A DNA stretch of 64,000 bases, taken from Fidelibacterota bacterium. Its GTDB lineage: Bacteria; Fidelibacterota; JAANXI01. This document shows positions 28,690 through 37,459 of the stretch, one piece after another. Numbering within the stretch: position 1 is the first letter of the stretch; each line of letters starts with the position of its first letter. The stretch lies in the NCBI GenBank assembly GCA_021734025.1, contig JAIPJS010000005.1:2112-66111 (forward strand). Reading direction: 5' to 3'. Below the pieces are notes generated by a model. That model saw only the letters and a list, made by a program, of their open reading frames with translations. It had not been told where the DNA came from and ran no database searches. The position numbers and the translations under genes were made by a program.

Positions 28690-29465
28690 CTTTATTCCCC
28701 CTTTTGCCTTGATGCAAAAGGGGGCGAAAAAATCAAGGCTGCCACTACAATTTCGGTATCGGCACCCATTCCCTCCGGGCCAGAACCAGAACTCGGTCAT
28801 TGCATTCTCTCAAACAGATAATACTGGCTTTACGTCGGACGTTGGCCGACAGAGCGAAATTAATTTGAAGGCCAAGTTCCAAAAGCACGAGAGTCGGTTT
28901 TTCGGTCTCGCCATGCTTGAGCCCCAGTTCCGGCGTCTACCTTTCGACAAGCTCAGCTCCGGAAGGAGCCTCTTCCGAGGGATGACGCCTCTAGGAGTCA
29001 CTCTGAGCCTGTCGAAGAGTGGCAAACTCTTTGTCTATCGAATGTGAGGAATTTCCCAAATTGGAGTGAAAGATAAATTCATGAATTATTCAGGTTAGGT
29101 TTTCATAAAAACGTTTATCGATTGTATCGGGAAGCAATTATATCAATTTGACTTTATTACCCGTTTTGTCTTGATACAAAACGGGTAGAAAAAATCAAGG
29201 CTGCCACGACAATTTCGGTATCGGCACCCATTCCCTCCGGGCCAGAACCAGAACTCCCTTCGGTCAGACAGCTGGTTCTGACGATCCTCCAGTCATGGGC
29301 CGATAAAGCAAAATTGTAGTGGAGGCCGGATGAACAAAACAGTATACAATCTGAAAAATATCAGTAGTACACAAAATTGAAAGCGAGGCCAATACCTTAA
29401 AGCAAAGGGAATAATACTGTAGTTTATCTGTTGTACTTCAGTCACATCTTGGTAATATTACACCC
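28690..29465. repeat. modular structured repeat, locus C (two partial units, forward orientation)
   Basis: CTTGAT hairpins at 28696-28724 (stem cccccttttgc/gcaaaaggggg) and 29160-29185 (stem cccgttttgt/acaaaacggg). Each is followed by aaaaaatcaaggctgccac..cggtatcggcacccattccctccgggccagaaccagaact. The locus ends with ctgtagtttatctgttgtacttcagtcacatc. Confidence 0.7.
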
Positions 29466-29529
29466 GTAAACCGAGTCCTAAATATGGTACTTGGTAAAGT
29501 ACCATTTTAAACGATGACGCTCACTTAAA

Positions 29530-29952
29530 ATGACCGACGTTCACGAGCCGGAAGTCCGCAGTTACAATATGAGCCGGATTCGGGGTAAGGATACTAAACC
29601 CGAAATGCTGGTTCGGAAGTTTTTGCATTCCTACGGTTTTCGTTACCGGTTACACGTGAACAATTTGCCTGGAAAACCGGATCTGGTTTTACCAAAATAT
29701 AACACCGCGATATTTGTTCACGGCTGCTTCTGGCATGCGCACGAAGGATGTGAGTACTTCAAAATTCCGCAAACCCGAACGGAATTTTGGAAAGAAAAAT
29801 TATTCGGTAACAGAGAAAGGGACGAGGAAAACATTTCTGAACTCCGGAAAATGGAGTGGAACGTTATCGTGGTTTGGGAGTGTGAGTTAAAATCAGAGGA
29901 AAAGGAAGTGAAACTTCAGGAAATTGCAAATAAGGTTGAAGAAAATAAATGA
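29530..29952 (+). CDS. vsr: very-short-patch repair endonuclease
   Basis: MSRIRGKDTKPE...FVHGCFWHAH.GC...TEFW..K...N..RD...L...GW.V..VWECE are classic Vsr motifs. Confidence 0.85.
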   Translation: MTDVHEPEVRSYNMSRIRGKDTKPEMLVRKFLHSYGFRYRLHVNNLPGKPDLVLPKYNTAIFVHGCFWHAHEGCEYFKIPQTRTEFWKEKLFGNRERDEENISELRKMEWNVIVVWECELKSEEKEVKLQEIANKVEENK

Positions 29953-30386
29953 GCATACCTGTTATTGACATTTTTGCCGGCCCTGGAGGCTTAGGAGAAG
30001 GATTTAGTTCCGTTATGAATGAAGAGGGAGAACGGTTTTTTAATACAGTCCTCTCTATTGAAATGGATGAGTATGCTCACGAAACGTTAGAGTTACGAAG
30101 TTTTTTCCGCCAGTTTGCGCCCGGCAAGGCTCCTGAAGAGTATTACAAGTTTTTACGGCAGGAAATCGATAAAGAAGAATTATTTAAGTCTTGGCCTGAG
30201 CAGGAAGAAAAAGCAAAAAATGAAGCTTGGAATATCAAGCTTGGATTTGATGAAAGTTCAGTAACCCCAGATGAAGTCGATCGAAGGATAAGGGTTGCAT
30301 TAAACAATGAAAAAAAATGGGTTTTGATCGGTGGCCCTCGTTGCCAAGAAAAGCCTATGCCGACTCTCAATGGCCAAAATCTGTGA
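29949..30386 (+). pseudogene. remnant of a DNA (cytosine-5)-methyltransferase (motifs I-IV only)
   Basis: Motif I FAGPGGLGEGF. Motif IV is degenerate (GGPRCQ instead of GGPPCQ) and is followed by unrelated residues, with a stop after 145 aa. No downstream frame continues an MTase. It overlaps the vsr stop (ATGA). The intact paralogous dcm starts 450 bp further on. Confidence 0.6.
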
Positions 30387-30835
30387 TTTTGTTCCTATTG
30401 AGTTATCGGTAAAACTCGCTACACTCAGAAAATCTTTAAAAAGTTATTAGTTCTGAGTCTGATTTTTATTATCATATTAAGGAGACTTTCGAAGGGTTTT
30501 CTCAAATAATTGTATCGATCAAAATTCGAATTGTGCCCAGTGGTGATGAAATTTGTCGCTGGATCGATGATAACCTGAATTCGGCAAAGATTCCAAGAGA
30601 AGTAATACTCGAGGATATAGGTGATGGACTCAATTCCTTTGGCGTACACTTTAAAAACTATGACCCCAAAGCCAGGTTCGCCGATAAAGAAAAAGTGAAG
30701 AGGTTGTCGAGGTTGGTGTAGGAGGGATGATGAGAAACCATATACTATCCTGAAAATTCTTATTTTATAAATGACTAAGTTTGTTCATTTTAGAGAAAGT
30801 TAAACAACTAATTTATTTCAGAATAGCTTAAATTA

Positions 30836-32041
30836 ATGAAATACATAGATTTATTTGCGGGTGCCGGCGGTCTTTCTGAAGGTTTTTACAGGGAAGGATT
30901 TGAAGCTGTGGCTCATATTGAAAAAGATCACCATGCTTGCCAGACTATTAAAACCCGGACTGCCTTTCATTATTTAAAGCAGGAAAATCATATCTCTGAA
31001 TATATTCGTTATCTGAACCAAGAAATAACAAGAGAAGAATTCTATGATTTAATACCTGATGAAATACTTGATACGGTAATTGACGCTGAAATATCGGAAG
31101 AGACCTTAGAAGACCTTTTCAATTTAATTGACCAGAAGCTTGAGGATGAAGAACTTGATTTAATAATTGGTGGCCCTCCTTGCCAGGCATACTCTAGTGC
31201 CTCCGCTTATATTGAAGAAAAAAACGAAAAATTAATTTATTTATATGAATTATATGGTGAATTCCTTGATCACTTTACTCCAAAGATGTTCATCTTTGAA
31301 AATGTACCTGGAATTTATACGGCAGATGAAGGAAAATATTATGAAGGGCTGAAAGAATGCTTTAAAAATGCGGGCTATGAATTTGAAGATAAAAAATTGG
31401 ATGCTTCTGAATTTAACGTACCACAGAAGAGAGAACGGGTAATCATAATTGGTTGGAGAGAAAACTTAGATTTATCATATCCTGAATTTGAAAAGAAAAT
31501 ACCCGATACAAAGATTGACGAATTATTTAATGATTTACCAGACCTTGAACCAGGCAAGTCTTACGATCCGGGAAATCACTACACACAAGGAGGATCTGAG
31601 TATGTTAATACCTATATCCGAAACGGAATAGATGTATTGACACACCACATTGCCCGCCCTCATAATGAAAGAGATTTGAATATTTACAGAATGGCTATAG
31701 AAAGATGGGAAGGAGGTGCGAGGTTAAAGAATTCAGATATTCCTGAAGAGATGAGAACTCAAAAAAATATCTCATCTTTTTTGGATCGTTTTAAAGTAGT
31801 TGATGGTGAAGGTTTTTCTCATACTATGATAGCTCATATCGCCAAAGATGGTCATTACTACATTCATCCGGATCAGAAGCAATTACGCTCTATTTCAGTT
31901 AGGGAAGCGGCCAGAATTCAGTCTTTTCCAGACGATTACTTTTTTGAAGGACCTCGAACTTCTGTATTTACTCAAATTGGCAATGCTGTGCCACCAATTC
32001 TTGCACAAGAAATAGCACGCAAAATAAAAAGGGTCCTTTGA
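30836..32041 (+). CDS. dcm: DNA (cytosine-5)-methyltransferase
   Basis: Motif I DLFAGAGGLSEGF, motif IV GGPPCQAYSSAS, motif VI ENVPG, and motif X QIGNAVPPILAQ. Confidence 0.85.
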   Translation: MKYIDLFAGAGGLSEGFYREGFEAVAHIEKDHHACQTIKTRTAFHYLKQENHISEYIRYLNQEITREEFYDLIPDEILDTVIDAEISEETLEDLFNLIDQKLEDEELDLIIGGPPCQAYSSASAYIEEKNEKLIYLYELYGEFLDHFTPKMFIFENVPGIYTADEGKYYEGLKECFKNAGYEFEDKKLDASEFNVPQKRERVIIIGWRENLDLSYPEFEKKIPDTKIDELFNDLPDLEPGKSYDPGNHYTQGGSEYVNTYIRNGIDVLTHHIARPHNERDLNIYRMAIERWEGGARLKNSDIPEEMRTQKNISSFLDRFKVVDGEGFSHTMIAHIAKDGHYYIHPDQKQLRSISVREAARIQSFPDDYFFEGPRTSVFTQIGNAVPPILAQEIARKIKRVL

Positions 32042-34401
32042 TGACTAATTATAAAGAGATATCAACTTATTCTTTTACTCCAGGGGCAATGTCAATTATT
32101 CAGATGGGCGAAGAACTCATTGGGCAACCCAATACTGCTATTAATGAATTAGTAAAAAACGCCTATGATGCCGACGCAAAGAATTGCGAAGTTTATTTTC
32201 ACAGTGCTGAATCAAAAGAATCATCCTTTACTCTAATTTTTGATGATGGAAATGGGATGGATGAGTCTATTCTATTTGGTGATTGGCTTAAGCCTTCTGT
32301 AAGTGATAAACGAAAGGAGGGGGTTAAAAGTCCTGTATATGGAAGAAATTTATTGGGTAGTAAAGGAATTGGCAGACTTGCTTCTATGGCCCTGGGCAGG
32401 CTTGTTACTGTTATTTCAAGACAAAATCCTTCGGATGATTATAACTGGATAACAGTAGACAGGGAATTATTTAAGGAGGAAGCTTTACTTAAGGATATCA
32501 AATTTCCAGGCTCAAGCATTGAGAACTACCTAGATTTATTTAGAGATGAGGAGTTACTAGAAATTAGAAACTCTTATGAAAATGATGAGCTTTTTGAGGT
32601 TCTGAAAAAAAATGACCTTGATCATTTTGAGAAAGGCACATTAATATTGATTGAGGAGTTTGATGAAGCGGTAGTTAAAATTCTCAGGAAAGATTTTCTC
32701 GAAAGTAACGAGAAATTAAATGAGCACTCTCTGAAGAGTACCAATTTCTATAAGTCTTTAGCCACACTTATTACTCCGATAACTTTAAGTTCGGAAATCC
32801 AGGATGAATTATTAGAAAGAGAAATAATTGATGCGAAGAAAATCATTGCATCAAAAGATGATTCATTTGAAATAAGTTTTGGAATCAATTTGCTCCCTGA
32901 TCAGGAAAAATCTGAAATAGAATGGCAGGATATAGACCCAATTCCAATACTTGATGTTTTTGATTACAGGGTCTTTGGTAAAGTTACTGGCGAAGGTGAT
33001 GTTGATGGATATCTTGGCTTCAACAGACTTGAAAAAGATGGCCATGAAATAACTTTTTCAATTTCTCGGAATGAAATTAAAGATAAAAGCTTACGCGGTA
33101 AGGATCAGCCGACATTATTTGATAATGAAAGTGATTCTGAAAATGAAATGGAGACAGGCGAATATTACTTTGACTTCCGAGTATATGATATGGGAGAATC
33201 TGATAATCGGGCAAAACTATCTGAAAAAGCTGGGTTCGAAAATATAAATACCTTTAGAAGTACTTTTAAAGAATTTCAAGGGCTTAGGGTTTCAAAAAAT
33301 GGATTTGGTGTAAAGCCATATGGGGAAGAGGTCGAAGACTGGATAGGTTTATCTAAAGCGAGAGTTCAGAATCCAGGTCAAAATGTTAATACCAATCAGA
33401 TTATTGGTTATGTCTTTTTCTATTCCCCGGAAAATGATCAGATTGAAGAAAAGACTAACAGAGAAGGTTTTCTTGAAAACACAGCTTTCATTCAGGTTAA
33501 GGAAACTTTAAAAGTTATTTTCAAAAACCTAGGACGTAAAAGGTATAACTATCGATTAAAGCATGGTCTTGGCAGGGTGCCTTCCAGTAAACATAAAAGA
33601 CCTAACATAGATAAGTTTCTAAAGTCTATTGAATCCAGTAAAAATGTAGATCAGGCCAGAAAAAAATCAGAAAAATTTGTCAAAGAGATTACGACTTCTT
33701 TGGATAATTTAGAAGAGGCATTAACATTTTCAGAACGATTAGCATCTCTTGGTAGCGGAATAGAACTGGTGTATCATGAGATGGTACAGCCTATTTCAAC
33801 TTTGAGAACTACGAAATCTTCCTTAGATCTAAAGAAAGAGAAAATTGCTGAGGCGGTTAAAGAGATCTTCCTCAACGATATAAATTCATTGAATAGTGCA
33901 ACTGATGTATTAGCAGAGTTAAGAAATTCTCTTCAACCTGCAATAGGGAGAACAAGAACTAAAAAATTCAAACCTGTTGATACCTTTTTGCGGGTATGCA
34001 CCTTATTTAAAACGGATTTTGAGGATGCAGAAATTAGTATAAATCTTATTGGAGAAACTGAAAATTTTACTCTGAAAGATTATGAATACCCCTTCTGGAT
34101 AGCTTTCCTGAATATTTTAAATAATGCCGTTTATTGGATAAAAAGGTCGGAGGAACCAGGAACTATTTATTTTCAAATAGACAATGGAAACATAATAGTA
34201 GGTAATACAGGACCGCTTATATCAGAAGATATTATAGAAGATATTTTTGAATATGGTGTCACAACCAGAAAAGAGAAAAATGCAACCGGATTAGGCCTTT
34301 CTTACACGCAAAGTATTCTCAGTAAAAATGATTGGGACATAACAGCTGAGAATCGAAAAAATGGACCGGTATTTATAATAAAAAAGCAAGAAAGTGAATA
34401 A
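32038..34401 (+). CDS. fusion protein: N-terminal MORC/Hsp90/MutL-like GHKL ATPase domain, about 380 aa of unknown middle region, C-terminal histidine-kinase core (HisKA H-box plus HATPase_c)
   Basis: N-terminal N-box ELVKNAYDADA, G1 FDDGNGM, G2 GSKGIGRLAS. C-terminal H-box ELVYHEMVQPISTL, N-box FLNILNNAVYW, G1 QIDNGN, F IFEYGVT, G2 GLGLSYTQSIL. The start overlaps the dcm stop (ATGA). Confidence 0.6.
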   Translation: MMTNYKEISTYSFTPGAMSIIQMGEELIGQPNTAINELVKNAYDADAKNCEVYFHSAESKESSFTLIFDDGNGMDESILFGDWLKPSVSDKRKEGVKSPVYGRNLLGSKGIGRLASMALGRLVTVISRQNPSDDYNWITVDRELFKEEALLKDIKFPGSSIENYLDLFRDEELLEIRNSYENDELFEVLKKNDLDHFEKGTLILIEEFDEAVVKILRKDFLESNEKLNEHSLKSTNFYKSLATLITPITLSSEIQDELLEREIIDAKKIIASKDDSFEISFGINLLPDQEKSEIEWQDIDPIPILDVFDYRVFGKVTGEGDVDGYLGFNRLEKDGHEITFSISRNEIKDKSLRGKDQPTLFDNESDSENEMETGEYYFDFRVYDMGESDNRAKLSEKAGFENINTFRSTFKEFQGLRVSKNGFGVKPYGEEVEDWIGLSKARVQNPGQNVNTNQIIGYVFFYSPENDQIEEKTNREGFLENTAFIQVKETLKVIFKNLGRKRYNYRLKHGLGRVPSSKHKRPNIDKFLKSIESSKNVDQARKKSEKFVKEITTSLDNLEEALTFSERLASLGSGIELVYHEMVQPISTLRTTKSSLDLKKEKIAEAVKEIFLNDINSLNSATDVLAELRNSLQPAIGRTRTKKFKPVDTFLRVCTLFKTDFEDAEISINLIGETENFTLKDYEYPFWIAFLNILNNAVYWIKRSEEPGTIYFQIDNGNIIVGNTGPLISEDIIEDIFEYGVTTRKEKNATGLGLSYTQSILSKNDWDITAENRKNGPVFIIKKQESE

Positions 34402-35521
34402 TTTGGGTACAATAATTCATTTAGACAACGATGAAAAAATTCTTCAAGATTTTAAAGGGCTATTCGATCAGTCCGGTATTAATCTTGATTTAGTCACTTG
34501 CCAAACAAAAGATGAATTTTATAAGCTTATTGAAGAGCATAAAAATTCTCTAAAGGCATTGGTCTTTGACTTATTAAGTTCTGAGCCCGGTAAAGAAGAA
34601 CTACACAAAGGTGATGCAGAATTTCTGGACTCTGTAGAGGATAGTTTTTCTACGGTTAGTATTCCTATTTTCATTTACAGCGGGTTTTTAGAAGCTATTG
34701 AGGAACAATTTGAAACCCATGGAACTGTGTTTAAAATTGATAAAGCAAATGGGCCAGACGAAATACTCAGGCTGATCAAGCTTTTTGATGAATCTGGATT
34801 TTTAGACGTATTTAGCCCGGGTGGAAAAATTGAAAAAGATTTTCATAATGAATTAAATAAATCTTTTATATCTCAATTCACAAATAACAAGCAAATAGAA
34901 GAAATAATTAACACTGTTGCTGAAGAGGATGTCAAAGAATCTAAAGAAAGGGTTGAAAAGGTCTTTAAGAGAATTGCCTTAAGGTCACTTTTAACCGTGC
35001 TTCAGTTATCAGAAAATGAAGGAGATGAGGAATACCTTAATCCGGTTGAGCACTATGTGAAAAGAATTAATGATCAAAAGATTGTAACTGGAGATATCTT
35101 TTTTAGCCAAGAAAAAAACGAGCATTTATTAGTAATGACACCCAGATGTGACCTTGCTAATAAAGATCCTCAAGAAATTTTAGTATGTAATATTGATACA
35201 GAAAAATTTCCAGATAAGACGACAAGTAACACTCAGAAAGGTAAAATTCTTAATGCTATTACTGATAATCCTGAATATTCAGGTTATGACAGATACTTAG
35301 TTAGGTCCCCTTTTTTTGTTGGCGGCTTAATAAAAATTGGATCTTATTCAATGATAGCAAAGGAAGAATTACTGTCTAGTTACGATCTTCAGATAACATT
35401 AAGTGATGAACTTACAAATGAAATACTGGGTAAATTTGGATCTTATTTTTTCCGTACTGGAATTACAACATGGGATCTTGACGAAACTGTAAAATTCATA
35501 GAGTCGATAAAGGAAGATTAA
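34394..35521 (+). CDS. receiver (REC) domain protein with about 250-aa C-terminal domain of unknown function
   Basis: GTG start overlapping the kinase stop. IIHLDNDE (beta1 acidic pair), ALVFDLL (putative phospho-acceptor Asp near residue 59), IPIFIYSG (Ser/Thr position), and VFKIDK (Lys position) match a CheY-like spacing. I recognised nothing in the C-terminal region. Confidence 0.5.
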   Translation: MNNLGTIIHLDNDEKILQDFKGLFDQSGINLDLVTCQTKDEFYKLIEEHKNSLKALVFDLLSSEPGKEELHKGDAEFLDSVEDSFSTVSIPIFIYSGFLEAIEEQFETHGTVFKIDKANGPDEILRLIKLFDESGFLDVFSPGGKIEKDFHNELNKSFISQFTNNKQIEEIINTVAEEDVKESKERVEKVFKRIALRSLLTVLQLSENEGDEEYLNPVEHYVKRINDQKIVTGDIFFSQEKNEHLLVMTPRCDLANKDPQEILVCNIDTEKFPDKTTSNTQKGKILNAITDNPEYSGYDRYLVRSPFFVGGLIKIGSYSMIAKEELLSSYDLQITLSDELTNEILGKFGSYFFRTGITTWDLDETVKFIESIKED

Positions 35522-35523
35522 AA

Positions 35524-36228
35524 TTGACCTTCAAAAACTGGCTCATATCTACTGGACGAAAACCAATTTCAGCAAAGAAATATGAAAGTGCCGTATACGG
35601 ATCAATTTCTGGTTGGGCAGAAGAGGCTGGAATAGTAAAGTCAAACCTAATTGATGTCAATGATCCTGAAGAGTTTGAATCACTTTCCAATAGGATTAAA
35701 GAACTTGAGATTTTTCTGGAAAGAAATACTGATGGACATCAGATGTACAGCGCTGCATTAAACAGGTACTCAGAATACCTGATAGCTATCCAAAATGAAA
35801 TTGAAGAGGATATAGACAAAGTATCAAATGATGATTCTGTTTCTGAAACTGAAAAAGACAGTCTTATTAAATCCCGTCTGGGTCAGGGCGTTTTCAGAAA
35901 AAGTCTGATGGATTACTGGCAGAGATGTGCAGTAACCGGCTATCAATCCTCTAAATTATTAGTCGCTTCACACATTAAACCATGGAGAAGTTCCGATAAC
36001 AAAGAGCGTATGGATGTGTTCAACGGCCTGTTATTGATTCCAAATCTTGATAAAGCTTTTGATAAAGGCTTCATATCTTTCAAAAAGAATGGTAGCATTA
36101 TAATTTCAGAGTTTTTCCAAAAACCGGCTTCATTGGGAATAAAATCTGATTTAAATCTTAAGATTTCTAATAGGCACCAACCATATCTTGAATACCACCG
36201 TGATATAGTATTTCTGCAAGCTAATTAA
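35524..36228 (+). CDS. HNH endonuclease (HNH_2-type) with N-terminal domain of unknown function
   Basis: TTG start 2 nt after the REC gene stop. C-terminal CAVTGYQSSKLLVASHIKPW...NGLLLIPNLDKAFDKGFISF is the HNH_2 signature. Confidence 0.65.
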   Translation: MTFKNWLISTGRKPISAKKYESAVYGSISGWAEEAGIVKSNLIDVNDPEEFESLSNRIKELEIFLERNTDGHQMYSAALNRYSEYLIAIQNEIEEDIDKVSNDDSVSETEKDSLIKSRLGQGVFRKSLMDYWQRCAVTGYQSSKLLVASHIKPWRSSDNKERMDVFNGLLLIPNLDKAFDKGFISFKKNGSIIISEFFQKPASLGIKSDLNLKISNRHQPYLEYHRDIVFLQAN

Positions 36229-36317
36229 TCAGTTCATTTAGAAGATTTACTACAGAAGATGAAATTACGATAGTTATTGATCAGATATATCGTTTGTACA
36301 ATTAAATTTTAGTTTAA

Positions 36318-36378
36318 TCCGTGGTTATCTGCTGTTTCTGCGATCCGCCGAAGGCGGACAGCGTGCTATTTGTTTTTT
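36318..36378 (-). ncRNA. conserved 3' UTR element with covarying hairpin (copy 1, immediately after rsgA stop)
   Basis: The minus strand reads AAUAGCACGCUGU-CCGCCUUCGGCGG-AUCGCAGAAACAGCAGAUAACCACGGAUU. The copy at 44398-44460 has the same flanks, but the hairpin is replaced by CCCCGACAAAUCGGGG. Confidence 0.4.
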
Positions 36379-36379
36379 C

Positions 36380-37459
36380 TCACCGCAACTTCTTCCGGTG
36401 CTTCTTCATCTCCTTCACATCCTTATAGATCTGTTTCCAGTACTCCTCGCGCTCGCGGCGGGCCGCTTCGTCCTGTTTGGATTCCAGGTAATCTAATTCC
36501 TTCTGGAGTTTCAGGTAATTCTCGTAGTGCGACTCCGGAATCTCGCCGGACTCCACCGCTGCCAGCACCGCACACTCCACCTCGTGCGTATGCGTGCAGT
36601 CATTGAATTTGCACTCTGCCGCCAGATCCAGGATGTCGTCGTACACCTCCTCCATCCCCCCGCCGGACCACAGTTGAAACTCCCGCATCCCCGGCGTATC
36701 GATAATCAGTCCGCCATCCGGCACCAGGATCAGTTCCCGCCGGGTCGTGGTGTGGAGCCCCTTGGAGTCGAACTCGCGCACCTCCTGGGTCTTCTGGCGC
36801 TCCTCACCGAGCAGCGCATTGATAATCGTCGACTTGCCCACGCCCGACGATCCCACCAGCGCAATCGTCTCGCCCGGCTGAATCGCAGATGCCAGTTCGT
36901 CGATTCCGTTGCCCGTTTTAGCACTCACCACAAACAACGGCACCGTCCCAGCGATGTCCTGAGCTGCGTCTTTCTTATCCGATAAATCTTCAGCCAGGTC
37001 CGATTTGTTCAGTATGATGCCCGGCTGAGCGCCGCTCTCCCGGATCATCACCAGGTAGCGCTCCAGGCGATTCGGACTGAAGTCGCCGTCCAGACTCTGC
37101 ACCACATACACGTGATCCAGGTTTGCGCCGATGATTTGTAATTCCGTCCGTTTCCCCGAGGCTCTGCGGGTAAACGTTGTCTGTCGCGGCAGGATGTCGT
37201 GGATGATGGCTTTGCCCTCGTCACCCATCACGGAGATCGCCACCCAATCGCCAACCTTGGGATAATCCGCCGCCGATTCTGCCGAATAAATGAGCCGGCC
37301 AGTGATCTGCGCATCCAATTCCCCGTCTGCTGACATTACCAGATAATTATCCCGATTCTCGATTGCAATTCGTCCCGGCTCAAATCCCCGGGATTCGAAC
37401 TCCGCGAATTCGGAGGCGAAAAAGTCGTTCCAGCCCAACTGTTCCAATGAATAGCCCAT
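36380..37459 (-). CDS. rsgA: ribosome small-subunit-dependent GTPase A
   Basis: GLV..D..PG.R, VGSSGVGKSTIINALLG, and the zinc-finger CKFNDCTHTHEVECAV. Confidence 0.85.
   Translation of the reverse strand: MGYSLEQLGWNDFFASEFAEFESRGFEPGRIAIENRDNYLVMSADGELDAQITGRLIYSAESAADYPKVGDWVAISVMGDEGKAIIHDILPRQTTFTRRASGKRTELQIIGANLDHVYVVQSLDGDFSPNRLERYLVMIRESGAQPGIILNKSDLAEDLSDKKDAAQDIAGTVPLFVVSAKTGNGIDELASAIQPGETIALVGSSGVGKSTIINALLGEERQKTQEVREFDSKGLHTTTRRELILVPDGGLIIDTPGMREFQLWSGGGMEEVYDDILDLAAECKFNDCTHTHEVECAVLAAVESGEIPESHYENYLKLQKELDYLESKQDEAARREREEYWKQIYKDVKEMKKHRKKLR

Noticed and set aside
23735-29465. Possibility that the clustered repeats are a CRISPR array
   Set aside because: The repeats are long (over 100 bp), modular, irregularly spaced, occur in both orientations, and are separated by genes. 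No cas genes are present.
30533-30721. 62-aa ORF in the AT-rich spacer between the dcm remnant and the intact dcm
   Set aside because: It has no RBS or recognisable motif and only an in-frame run in AT-rich DNA. It could still be a small controller protein, but is unsupported.
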